Shown here: piece after piece, positions 21,524 to 30,347 of the stretch
How the letters are laid out: each line of letters opens with the position of its first letter
Position numbering within the stretch: the first letter of the stretch is position 1
Origin: an uncultured Bacteroidota bacterium
GTDB lineage: Bacteria; Bacteroidota; Bacteroidia; Flavobacteriales_F; PHOS-HE28
NCBI GenBank assembly: GCA_902826215.1
Contig: CADEDY010000007.1
Coordinates: 23,045 to 87,044, forward strand
Reading direction: 5' to 3'
DNA: 64,000 bases
Notes under the pieces: generated by a model
Told to the model about the DNA's origin: nothing
Seen by the model: only the letters and a program-made list of their open reading frames with translations
Databases searched by the model: none
Program-made: the position numbers and the translations under genes

Positions 21524-22110
21524 TTGAAGGAGATATCTGGCGCGTTCTCCGTGCCTTCCTGTGCTTCGAAGTACCCTTTCTCGGTGAATCCGAACATGCC
21601 CGCGAGCATGTTCCCGGGGAAGGTCTTGATGCGCGTGTTGAAGTCACGGGCCACGTCGTTGTATTTGCGGCGTTCAACCCCGATACGGTTCTCCATGCCT
21701 TCGTATTGCGTCTGGAAATCCTGGAACCCTTTGACTGCCTTCAGCTCGGGATAGCGTTCCACGGTCACCAATAAGCGTGACAGGGCGCCGCTGAACTGGT
21801 CCTGCGCGGCTTGGAACTGTTGGATCTTCTCCGGTGAAAGGTCGTTGGCGTTGATGTTGACACTGGTCGCCTTCGAACGCGCTTCTACCACCTGGGTCAA
21901 GGTCTCTTTCTCGAAATCGGCAGCACCTTTCACGATCTCCACCAAGTTCTTGGTCTTATCGGCCCGCAGTTGATAGGCATTCTCGACATTGCTCCATTGC
22001 TTGGTAACGTCCTCATTGAGGCCGACGGAACCGTTGTAGAAGCTCATCGCCCACATGGCGATCAACGCGATGGCTCCGAGGCCGATGATCAATCCAAGGT
22101 ATTTTCTCAT
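21520..22110 (-). CDS. LemA family membrane protein
   Basis: 196 aa from the internal ATG (MRKYLGLIIGLGAIALIAMW TM anchor). C-terminal LemA signature ERRKYNDVARDFNTRIKTFPGNM. Confidence 0.85.
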   Translation of the reverse strand: MRKYLGLIIGLGAIALIAMWAMSFYNGSVGLNEDVTKQWSNVENAYQLRADKTKNLVEIVKGAADFEKETLTQVVEARSKATSVNINANDLSPEKIQQFQAAQDQFSGALSRLLVTVERYPELKAVKGFQDFQTQYEGMENRIGVERRKYNDVARDFNTRIKTFPGNMLAGMFGFTEKGYFEAQEGTENAPDISFK

Positions 22111-22207
22111 AGTAGTGGAAGTTGGTCGCACGAAGGTAAGTTCCGCGCTGTCGTTGCTCTGATCAAGCGACATGCCAAGCCACATCATTCTGCCAGCCTG
22201 ACAGGCA

Positions 22208-22801
22208 ATGCACATGTCGCAACTTCGCACCGCGATGCGGATCCTGGAGGAGAATGGTCACTTCACTTCGGCAGCTGCCCTCTTGTTGGCCGCTGTTTCG
22301 AAGGTGCCGTTAGCGATGATCGAGCGCGCCGTGGTACTGTCCAAACGAAGGAATTGGTTGCACTTCCCGTGGTATCCGAAGAGCCGTGGTGGGGCATTCG
22401 TGCTCGGTGAGAAGGTGTACGTGAGCGACCACTTCGTTCAACCGAACGAAGACCCCTCGCTCCGCTTCTTGCTGCTATTGGCCCATGAGGTCGGGCACCT
22501 TCCGCATGCTGATCAGTGGGGAATATCCCCGTGGGGACGAGCGAAATTCGTCCTGTGGGCGACCGGTCATTATGCGCGGAGCTCATTGCTCAATGGGCGC
22601 CATGGGCATCGCAAGGCACGTATCGAACAGGAAGCGGAACGTGGTCGTTGGGTGCTGTCCGAATTGATCAGGATCAACCGACCTTCCCTCGAAGAGCTGC
22701 TTCGGACCAAAGACGGAATGGCGGCTTGGCTCTCCCAACAGCGATCAATGCTGAAGGAACTTCACGCGAAGTATCCGGGCTGGACGCTCACTGGTGCTTG
22801 A
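22208..22801 (+). CDS. Hypothetical protein with an HExxH zinc-peptidase-like motif (DUF4157-like arrangement)
   Basis: 197 aa. ..FVLGEKVYVSDHF....LLLLAHEVGHLPH. No signal peptide. Family assignment is by pattern only. Confidence 0.5.
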   Translation: MHMSQLRTAMRILEENGHFTSAAALLLAAVSKVPLAMIERAVVLSKRRNWLHFPWYPKSRGGAFVLGEKVYVSDHFVQPNEDPSLRFLLLLAHEVGHLPHADQWGISPWGRAKFVLWATGHYARSSLLNGRHGHRKARIEQEAERGRWVLSELIRINRPSLEELLRTKDGMAAWLSQQRSMLKELHAKYPGWTLTGA

Positions 22802-23849
22802 CCACCAACGACTGCACGTTGGCCGGTCCGTTCCCGACAGAATGTACGGTGTACGCGCCTTCCGCAAAACCGGCCAGATCGATGCGCTGCACTGCACCGC
22901 CGTTGCTCCGCTGTGCATGGACCGTGCGGCCAAGTGGATCCGTGATCACGATTTGAACTGTTCCGTTGCCCTCAGAGCGCAGGAACACCTCGTTGTTCGC
23001 TGGATTCGGAAAGAGCAGCGGATCCGTTCCGACTTGCTCCGTCACATTCGTTGTGATCTCGGGTTCGTAGAAGAAGCGCGCGCTCGTTGCGATACCGCCG
23101 GTGGTGATCACCTGCAACACCGGCTTGCCCATACCTGCCGCGATCCATTTGTATTCGATGGTCTCCGGCTCGGGAATGCGGAATCCGAATCCGAACTGGT
23201 CCACAAAAATGGTATCACTGCGCTGAAGGGTCGACTTCACACGCAGCACTTCGAACGTGTTGCCCGGCAACACCAAGGTGCCCCATCCATCCACCTCGTT
23301 CGTGCGGATCTGATCCTGGCCGAAGGTGAACAGACCGGGAACGGAGACCGAGAACGCACTGGGCACCACATCCGTATCGCCGAAATTCATCGGAAAGGCA
23401 TGGATCCGATCCACGGGAATGCGTCGCACGCTCGTTGGCAGGCCATTGACGTTGGCCCCGAAGCCCACGTTGAAGAACCCGTTGTCATCAGCGCGGAAGT
23501 AATCATAGACATCCTGCAGGCTCAGCTGTTGGAAGCCGAAATCAGTGCCCTTCACGGCGTGATCGGCGCGGTGCTGTGGATAGAGGAATATGTTGTTGAA
23601 GAACAACTGGTAGAGGATCGGCGTGGATCCGACCGACACCATGGTATCGGCGCCTTCGGCCTGAATGGCCAGATCACCGAGATCCCAAACAACATCCGCT
23701 CCGGTCAGGTTGATGTCCACCGCCGTGGCCACCGTATTGCGGTAGCGGATGGTATCGCCCGCATTGGGCATGTCATCCGGACCGATGGTTATCTGGGCAG
23801 AAACCGCTGTGCAGGCGGCGATCGAGGCGAAGAGTAACAGTGTGCGCAT
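22788..23849 (-). CDS. T9SS C-terminal-sorting-domain secreted protein
   Basis: 353 aa from the internal ATG (signal MRTLLLFASIAACTAVSAQ). C-terminal ..LLFPNPANNEVFLRS...VQIVITDPLGRTV...GAYTVHSV... is a T9SS type-A CTD. Confidence 0.75.
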   Translation of the reverse strand: MRTLLLFASIAACTAVSAQITIGPDDMPNAGDTIRYRNTVATAVDINLTGADVVWDLGDLAIQAEGADTMVSVGSTPILYQLFFNNIFLYPQHRADHAVKGTDFGFQQLSLQDVYDYFRADDNGFFNVGFGANVNGLPTSVRRIPVDRIHAFPMNFGDTDVVPSAFSVSVPGLFTFGQDQIRTNEVDGWGTLVLPGNTFEVLRVKSTLQRSDTIFVDQFGFGFRIPEPETIEYKWIAAGMGKPVLQVITTGGIATSARFFYEPEITTNVTEQVGTDPLLFPNPANNEVFLRSEGNGTVQIVITDPLGRTVHAQRSNGGAVQRIDLAGFAEGAYTVHSVGNGPANVQSLVVKHQ

Positions 23850-23982
23850 GTGTTCCAAGTTGGAGACAAAGCTACCCGCCCCGCCCACACCGGTCAACGA
23901 TTTCAGGCGATCTGGACCAAATCTTGTAAATACGGTCCAAGGATGGTCCGGTCCTTGCTCTGCGGGCCGCTAACTTCGCGCC

Positions 23983-24612
23983 ATGCGTTCTGCCTTTGTG
24001 CTCATCCTTGCGTTCCTCGCGGCGCAGCTCATTTCCGCCCAGACCACCACCAAGGCGCCTGATCTTGTGCAATTCAGTGGCGTGGTGGTCACGGACAGCC
24101 TGATGCCTGTGCCTTTCACGAACATCCTGGTGAAGAACACCTATCGGGGGACGATGAGTGATGTGTATGGATACTTCAGCTTCGTGGCGCAGGAAGGCGA
24201 CACCATCCTCTTCAGTGCCGTGGGCTTCCAGCGTTCGCAGTATGTGATCCCGACAGACCTGACGGAATCGAAATATTCCATGATCCACGTGCTCGGCCGC
24301 GATACCATTCAGCTGCGTGAATTGGCGGTGTATCCTTGGCCCTCACGCGAGCAATTCCGTGAAGCATTCTTGAACCTGCGCCTTCCGGACGATGATTTCC
24401 AGCTGGCCATGCGCAACCTGAGCCCGGCCGAGATGATGCAGCGCATGGAGAATCTGCCACCGGATGCCTATCAGAGTTTCCAGTATGCCATGGCGCGAGA
24501 TCAAACGAAGTTGTATTACAGTGGCGGCACTCCACCGATCAACCTCTTCAATCCGATCGCTTGGGCGCAGTTCATCCAAGCCTGGCAGAACGGTGCGTTC
24601 AAGAAACAGTGA
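23983..24612 (+). CDS. Secreted protein with a carboxypeptidase-regulatory-like (CarboxypepD_reg) N-terminal domain
   Basis: 209 aa. Signal peptide, then FSGVVVTDSLMPVPFTNILVKNTYRGTMSDVYGYFSFVAQEGDTILFSAVGFQ. Confidence 0.6.
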   Translation: MRSAFVLILAFLAAQLISAQTTTKAPDLVQFSGVVVTDSLMPVPFTNILVKNTYRGTMSDVYGYFSFVAQEGDTILFSAVGFQRSQYVIPTDLTESKYSMIHVLGRDTIQLRELAVYPWPSREQFREAFLNLRLPDDDFQLAMRNLSPAEMMQRMENLPPDAYQSFQYAMARDQTKLYYSGGTPPINLFNPIAWAQFIQAWQNGAFKKQ

Positions 24613-24717
24613 TAGGTTGAGGGTTGTCCCCTCTTCCGATCCTTTGTGCGCAAGAGAAGAACAGTTGAGCTTTGCTCGCCGCAATTCGAAGGATCAACAA
24701 CGAGCAACCAGCCCCGA

Positions 24718-25920
24718 ATGCAAGCCTCCTTCCGAATGGTCGCCCAAACCCTGCATGGGTTGGAGGAGGTGCTGCGGGTGGAATTGTTGAAGCTCGGTGC
24801 GCGCGACATAGAGCGACACAACCGGGCCGTTAGCTTCACGGGTGATCTTGGCTTCCTTTACAAGGCCAACCTCTGCTTGCGCACTGCTATCCGTGTCCTG
24901 GTGCCGTTGGAGAGTTTCGATGCGCGCAGCCCCGAGGAGGTGTACCTCGCATTGCGCGAGATCGACTGGGAGACCTTCATGGATGTGAACGACACCTTCC
25001 TGTTCAAGGTCACGTTGAATTCGCCCTATTTCACGCATTCCCAATACGCCGCACAGAAGGCGAAAGACGCCTTGGTGGATCGGTTCCGGGAGAAGAAAGG
25101 TGAACGCCCATCCGTGGATACGGAGAACCCGACCTTGCGGATCCACCTGCACATCAACAATGAACGGTGTGCACTTTCACTCGATAGTTCTGGAGGATCG
25201 TTGCACCAACGTGGTTATCGCACCGAGACCAACGCAGCGCCGTTGAACGAGGTGCTCGCCGCTGGCATGGTGATCCTGAGCGGATGGAACAGGATCAGTC
25301 CGTTGGTGGATCCGTTCTGTGGTTCGGGCACCATCCTCACTGAAGCGGCCATGCTCGCGGCCAACATTCCCCCCGGCATCTACCGGGAGAAGTTCGCCTT
25401 CGAAGGATGGAACGACTTCGATGCCGACCTGTGGAACACCATCCGCGACAGTGCGATCGACAAGATCACCGGAGAACGACCGATCATCCTCGGTGGCGAC
25501 ATCGACCGCATCACCGTGAGCAAGGCGAAGGAGACCTTGCGCACCGCCAAACTCGCCGATGTGGTCACCATTCGCCATAGTGCTTTCGCCGACCTTGAAC
25601 CACCGGAGGACCGCAAAGGCATGTTGATCCTGAACCCGCCCTATGGTGAGCGGATGAACGAGCGCGGCATCGCAGCCAGTAGTTCCGAGGACGACATCAA
25701 CGCTTTGTACAAGATGATCGGCGACACGCTGAAACACCGTTGGGCCGGCTGGACCGCGTGGGTATTGACGAGCAACTTGGACGCCGCAAAGCACATCAAG
25801 CTGACCCCGAAACCGAAGATCCAACTCTTCAATGGGGCTTTGGACTGTCGCTTCCTGCGCTACGAGTTGTACGAAGGTTCGCGACGCCTCACCCCCGCTC
25901 CAACGCAGTCCGAGGATTGA
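24718..25920 (+). CDS. THUMP-domain class I SAM-dependent RNA methyltransferase (RlmL/UPF0020-like)
   Basis: 400 aa from the internal ATG. Motif I DPFCGSGTILTEAA and motif IV LNPPYGERM. Confidence 0.8.
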   Translation: MQASFRMVAQTLHGLEEVLRVELLKLGARDIERHNRAVSFTGDLGFLYKANLCLRTAIRVLVPLESFDARSPEEVYLALREIDWETFMDVNDTFLFKVTLNSPYFTHSQYAAQKAKDALVDRFREKKGERPSVDTENPTLRIHLHINNERCALSLDSSGGSLHQRGYRTETNAAPLNEVLAAGMVILSGWNRISPLVDPFCGSGTILTEAAMLAANIPPGIYREKFAFEGWNDFDADLWNTIRDSAIDKITGERPIILGGDIDRITVSKAKETLRTAKLADVVTIRHSAFADLEPPEDRKGMLILNPPYGERMNERGIAASSSEDDINALYKMIGDTLKHRWAGWTAWVLTSNLDAAKHIKLTPKPKIQLFNGALDCRFLRYELYEGSRRLTPAPTQSED

Positions 25921-25923
25921 TCC

Positions 25924-26286
25924 ATGTCCGCCACGAGTAACCGATCCATCGCTGACGCTTGGTTCGCCGCATTCAATGAACTCGACTTGGAAGCGTTGCT
26001 TTCGCTCTATCACGACGAAGCCGAACACTTCAGCCCGAAACTGAAGATCCGCCGACCGGAGACCAACGGGCTGATCCGTGGAAAGGATGCGCTGCGCGAT
26101 TGGTGGCGCGATGCGTTCGAGCGGCTCCCTTCGCTTCAATATGAGGTGGTGAAGTTGACCACCGATGACGAGCAGGTCTTCATGGAGTACATCCGACACG
26201 TGCAAGGTGAAGACGATCTGCGTGTGGGCGAAGTGCTGGAGATCCGCGACGGCGTGATCGTAGCCTCGCGTGTTTACCACGGTTAG
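25924..26286 (+). CDS. SnoaL/NTF2-like small protein
   Basis: 120 aa. IADAWFAAFNELDLEALLSLYHDEAEHFSP is a typical NTF2-like start. Begins 3 nt after the upstream stop. Confidence 0.6.
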   Translation: MSATSNRSIADAWFAAFNELDLEALLSLYHDEAEHFSPKLKIRRPETNGLIRGKDALRDWWRDAFERLPSLQYEVVKLTTDDEQVFMEYIRHVQGEDDLRVGEVLEIRDGVIVASRVYHG

Positions 26287-26355
26287 CGCAAGCGACTTGT
26301 GCTCTTCGTTGAACCGATCGGCCACCGAGGTGTACCGATCCACAAATCAACGATC

Positions 26356-27336
26356 ATGCACTTCGCTTCACGACTCCTTCTCTCCTTTTCTACGGTGGCC
26401 CTTTCCATCAGCGCCCGGCCACAGGCCATGGGCAATTTGATGTATGAGAGCAACAGCCGCATCTTCTTCCAACAGGCCGAACAGCCAGTAAAGGCAACGA
26501 TCCAAGGCAATGTGCTGGTGCTGGAAGTGAACGCCATGATGAACATGCGGGCCGATAGCTACCTCGCGATCTTCAACATTACGCAGCTGGGCCAGACCGC
26601 TGAAGAAGCAGACAGCCTGATGAACGGTCGCATCAATGGTCTGGTGCAGCGCGTGAAGGCGCAGGGTGTAAAGGAGAAAGATGTGTTCACGGACATGCTC
26701 TCCTTCGTGCCGGTGTACGAGTTGGAAACGACACGCAAGCTCTTCAGCAAGTCCTACCAGGAAGTGCCCGCAGGCTTCGAGATCCAGAAGAACATCCACA
26801 TCCGTTTCACCGATGCGCGGATCCTGGACAAGTTGGTGACGGCCGCAGCGAAGGAAGAGATCTACGACCTCGTGAAGGTGGATTTCTTCGTGGACAAGCA
26901 GAGCGCAAGTTTCGATACGTTGCGGATGTTCGCGACGAAGTTGATGCAACAGAAACTCGACAATTTCGAGAAACTCGGGCTGAAGGTGGAAGAAAGCCAC
27001 CGCATGGGTGCCGAGAAGAACGGCGCCTACTTCCCACTGGATCGTTACACGACGTATCAATCACGGACACAAAGCAGCCTGAACAGCCGCCGCCGTGGAC
27101 AGATCGTAAACGACGTTAAGAAGAGCAACACCCTGTTCTACAACAAGGTCCCCTACGGCAACTTCGACATCGTGCTGCATGCCGAGATCACCGAGCCACC
27201 GGTGCAGTACACCTACAACCTCACGCTCCAATGCCAACTGCCCGAAGCGTTCGCCAAGAAGGACGTGAAGGAGATCATCAAGTACATGTGGATCACGGAC
27301 AAAGGTGAGGTGAAGGAGTTGAAGGTCGGGAGTTGA
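26356..27336 (+). CDS. SIMPL/DUF541-like secreted protein
   Basis: 326 aa from the internal ATG (signal MHFASRLLLSFSTVALSISA). Alpha/beta pattern resembles SIMPL domains. Assignment is by eye. Confidence 0.5.
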   Translation: MHFASRLLLSFSTVALSISARPQAMGNLMYESNSRIFFQQAEQPVKATIQGNVLVLEVNAMMNMRADSYLAIFNITQLGQTAEEADSLMNGRINGLVQRVKAQGVKEKDVFTDMLSFVPVYELETTRKLFSKSYQEVPAGFEIQKNIHIRFTDARILDKLVTAAAKEEIYDLVKVDFFVDKQSASFDTLRMFATKLMQQKLDNFEKLGLKVEESHRMGAEKNGAYFPLDRYTTYQSRTQSSLNSRRRGQIVNDVKKSNTLFYNKVPYGNFDIVLHAEITEPPVQYTYNLTLQCQLPEAFAKKDVKEIIKYMWITDKGEVKELKVGS

Positions 27337-27388
27337 TCCGCTGACAAGGGTTCCTTCGGCCTGAAAGCAATTGTCGATCAACAATGGC

Positions 27389-27868
27389 TCAACTGGCCGC
27401 TGCTGCCGCTCGCTGCTCCTGTACTTCAATGACATGTGCGGCGAACAGGATCACCAGCGGGTCCAATGCCTCACCGTTCTCCTCTATAAGTATCGGCTCA
27501 TGTTCAAAGGTCTTCCAATCGAACCGCCTTCTCATGCTCGCTCTGACCCGGCCGCTTGCATCAACCAGGTCATGCACATTGCTGAACCACCTCTTCCTTT
27601 TGAGCACGACGACCGGCTGCTGTTCATCCTGACGACGGATGGAGGTTGTGGTCCACTTCTGATCCGCAATGAGGATCGGGACATCCCCGTAGAACACCGC
27701 CAGATCACGGCTCAACATCTTGCGGCTCTTTACCATATAGAGTCCTGCTGCAACCGCGATCTCGGCACGCTGACTGTACCACTTGGGCTGCACCTTGGTG
27801 CCCAGTACGTGCCCCGCCTCATCCACCAAGGACCAGGACCGGCGTGCAGTTCGTTCGAATCGGCGCAT
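27389..27868 (-). CDS. Hypothetical protein
   Basis: 159 aa. More protein-like composition than the overlapping Cys-rich plus-strand ORF. No motif recognised. Confidence 0.4.
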   Translation of the reverse strand: MRRFERTARRSWSLVDEAGHVLGTKVQPKWYSQRAEIAVAAGLYMVKSRKMLSRDLAVFYGDVPILIADQKWTTTSIRRQDEQQPVVVLKRKRWFSNVHDLVDASGRVRASMRRRFDWKTFEHEPILIEENGEALDPLVILFAAHVIEVQEQRAAAAAS

Positions 27869-28082
27869 GCAACGAAATTGATCAGTCGGACCCGACCATC
27901 TGCGGGTCGATGGACGAACGGTCGGCCGATGGTATGACCGGTGATGGGTGAAAAGGGAACGGGAAATGGAATGCGGGAGGGCATGTGCTCGAAGCCTTCA
28001 TCGAGGGATCGGATCCGACCGGTTCAAGTCAGCAACGACCGATAATGTTCCATTGGTCCGGTCTTTGTCCGATCTTCGGACC

Positions 28083-28958
28083 ATGCTTCGTTCCCTTTTC
28101 GCCAGTGCTATGCTTCTTCCCTGCACCCTTCTGGCACAGCCCGATGCCGTCGACCATCTGAAGAATGCCGAGACGGCGTATCGTTCCAATGACCTGGATG
28201 CGGCGTTGGCCTATGCCGATTCCGCCTTGCGCATGGACGACAAGGCCCCCGGCGGCTACAAGTTACGCGGCGACATCAAGCAGCGCCAACGCGACATGCA
28301 CGGTGCCATGATGGACTATGTGAAATCCGAGAAGATCGAACCCGACAATGCCCGACTGTATGTGAGTCGTTCGGCTTTGCACATCACTGAAGGACGCATG
28401 AAAGAGGCCATGCGTGATGTGGACAAAGCGTTGGATCTTGACGATACCGACCCCGATGCTTGGTACAACCGAGCCTGTGCCAATTACTTGGGCCAGAACA
28501 ACGATGGTGCTTTGCGCGATCTGGAGAACTGTCTGAAACTGCGACCCGAAAATGCCGATGCCCTTTTCCTTCGCGGCGTTGTCAAAGGCGAATTGTACAA
28601 GGAGAAGGATGGTATCGCGGACATTGAAGCGGCGATGAAGCTGAATCCGGCGCTGGCTGGTGGTGCCATGAGCTTGGGTGTGCTGCTTTTCGAGAGCAAG
28701 GAGTACGAAGCCGCCATCGTCAAATTCACCGAGGTGATCGATGCGGGTGCGGAAGAGTTGAAGGAAGCCTACTACTACCGCGGCGACTGCTACTACGAAC
28801 TGAAGAACAAGGAGTTGGCCTGCCAGAGCTGGCGCGAGAGTGCGGATCTTGGCGATGGCGATGCCAAGTTCATCGTGCGCAACTATTGCAACACCGACGA
28901 GGACAAGATCCCGAAGAAGCCGGTGCGCGGGCGGAGGAAGATGGTGATCGAGTTCTAA
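28083..28958 (+). CDS. Tetratricopeptide-repeat protein, secreted
   Basis: 291 aa from the internal ATG (signal MLRSLFASAMLLPCTLLAQ). Repeated A..Y..A..L.P.NA TPR units. Confidence 0.75.
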   Translation: MLRSLFASAMLLPCTLLAQPDAVDHLKNAETAYRSNDLDAALAYADSALRMDDKAPGGYKLRGDIKQRQRDMHGAMMDYVKSEKIEPDNARLYVSRSALHITEGRMKEAMRDVDKALDLDDTDPDAWYNRACANYLGQNNDGALRDLENCLKLRPENADALFLRGVVKGELYKEKDGIADIEAAMKLNPALAGGAMSLGVLLFESKEYEAAIVKFTEVIDAGAEELKEAYYYRGDCYYELKNKELACQSWRESADLGDGDAKFIVRNYCNTDEDKIPKKPVRGRRKMVIEF

Positions 28959-29112
28959 TTGGTGATCGTTGGTTGGGAGTTGTTCCTGCAACACGGAAGG
29001 TGCGGGTGACCGCGGGATCAACAACGGTCGACCAACAACTAGCTTCAACCACCACGAGCAACGGTAGATGCTCGCCTCGACGTCGCCCGTATCTTGGCGC
29101 CCGCTCTTCGGC

Positions 29113-29838
29113 ATGCGCGTACTCATCTTCAAGGAAGTAAGGGGGTTCCTCGGGACCCTGATCGGGCAAGTGGTGGTGGTGGTGTTCCTGCTGCTGACCG
29201 GCTTGTTCCTATGGGTGTTCCCGAACAACATCCTGGATACCGGCTACGCTGATCTGGCACCGCTGTTCTTCATCGCCCCTTGGGTGTTCCTCTTTTTGGT
29301 GCCTGCGGTTACCATGCGCAGCTTCAGTGAGGAGAAGCGGACGGGGACCATTGAACTGCTCTTGACCAAGCCGCTCACCGAAATGCAATTGGTACTGGCG
29401 AAGTACATCGCAGCGGTGATCCTGATCGTCTTTGCACTGCTACCAACGCTGGTGTATTGGTATAGCCTGTACGACCTCGCGGTTCCCTATGGCAATGTGG
29501 ATACCGGCGGCATCATCGGTTCGTACATCGGCCTGTTGTTCTTGGCATCGTGCTTCGCGGCCATCGGGGTGTTCGCCTCCTCCATCACGGAGAACCAAGT
29601 GGTGGCGTTCATGATCGCTGTCTTCCTCTGCTTCTTCCTCTACCTCGGTTTCGACCTCATCGCCAGCTTCGATGCCTTTGGTGCCTTGGAGGGTCCGATC
29701 AAGTCCATCGGGATCCAGGACCACTACGCCAGTTTGAGCCGCGGTGTGCTGGACCTGCGCGATGTGCTCTACTTCCTAGGGACGATCGCTGTATTCCTGT
29801 TGCTCACGCGCACGGCGCTTCAAAGTCGACGTTGGTAG
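29113..29838 (+). CDS. gldF: Gliding-motility ABC transporter permease GldF
   Basis: 241 aa from the internal ATG. MRVLIFKEVRGFLGTLIGQVV...SFSEEKRTGTIELLLTKPL is the ABC-2 permease / GldF signature. Followed by gldG. Confidence 0.85.
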   Translation: MRVLIFKEVRGFLGTLIGQVVVVVFLLLTGLFLWVFPNNILDTGYADLAPLFFIAPWVFLFLVPAVTMRSFSEEKRTGTIELLLTKPLTEMQLVLAKYIAAVILIVFALLPTLVYWYSLYDLAVPYGNVDTGGIIGSYIGLLFLASCFAAIGVFASSITENQVVAFMIAVFLCFFLYLGFDLIASFDAFGALEGPIKSIGIQDHYASLSRGVLDLRDVLYFLGTIAVFLLLTRTALQSRRW

Positions 29839-29840
29839 TG

Positions 29841-30347
29841 ATGAAGGCCACTGATCGTTCCTCACTTTGGTTGGCTCGCCTGTTCCTGATAATGGCCGTC
29901 CTCTTCTGTTCAGCAGCAATGTTGCCTGCGTTGGTGGAATGGACGAAGTCCAGCGCCGATTACGACTCTTCTTCTGTACTGGACATCAAGGACACCTACT
30001 TCATTATTCCCAATTCCGTTTTCTTTTACACTCTTGCCATCTCTTCCACGGTTATTGCACTTGTCTACGCCCGATTCACGCGGTTCACAGGCCTTCGGCT
30101 TGATCGTCTGCTGGGCTGGGCACATTTCGCTGGCTCCTTCGCGCCGGTCGTGCTTTTCTGTGCAATACCATTGGTCTTTGCACGAAATTCGAGCCAAGGC
30201 GATCCACTGCAAGGGCAAATTGCCGCGTTCAAGACACTTGAAGTATTCAACTCCACCCTTGTAACGACCTTTTCCATCGCCGTGGTCGCGCAATCGCTGT
30301 TCTTGATCAATCTGGCCTTCAGCCCGTTCCGAAAACGACCGGTATGA
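29841..30347 (+). CDS. Small polytopic membrane protein resembling a His-less fragment of cytochrome oxidase subunit I
   Basis: 168 aa. ATG lies 2 nt after the gldF stop, and there is an ATGA overlap with gldG. ..DIKDTYFIIPNSVFFYTLAISSTVIALVY.. parallels [15 protein letters not shown] of CoxI helix X, with both His replaced. Confidence 0.6.
   Translation: MKATDRSSLWLARLFLIMAVLFCSAAMLPALVEWTKSSADYDSSSVLDIKDTYFIIPNSVFFYTLAISSTVIALVYARFTRFTGLRLDRLLGWAHFAGSFAPVVLFCAIPLVFARNSSQGDPLQGQIAAFKTLEVFNSTLVTTFSIAVVAQSLFLINLAFSPFRKRPV

Noticed and set aside
25177-26343. 388-aa minus-strand ORF
   Set aside because: It is antisense to the THUMP methyltransferase and SnoaL-like genes, and no motif was recognised.
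27869-28082. Three GATGG motifs and several GACCG/CGGTC words in a 214-bp divergent spacer
   Set aside because: The words are short, irregularly spaced and expected by chance in GC-rich DNA. No clear dyad or phasing was found.
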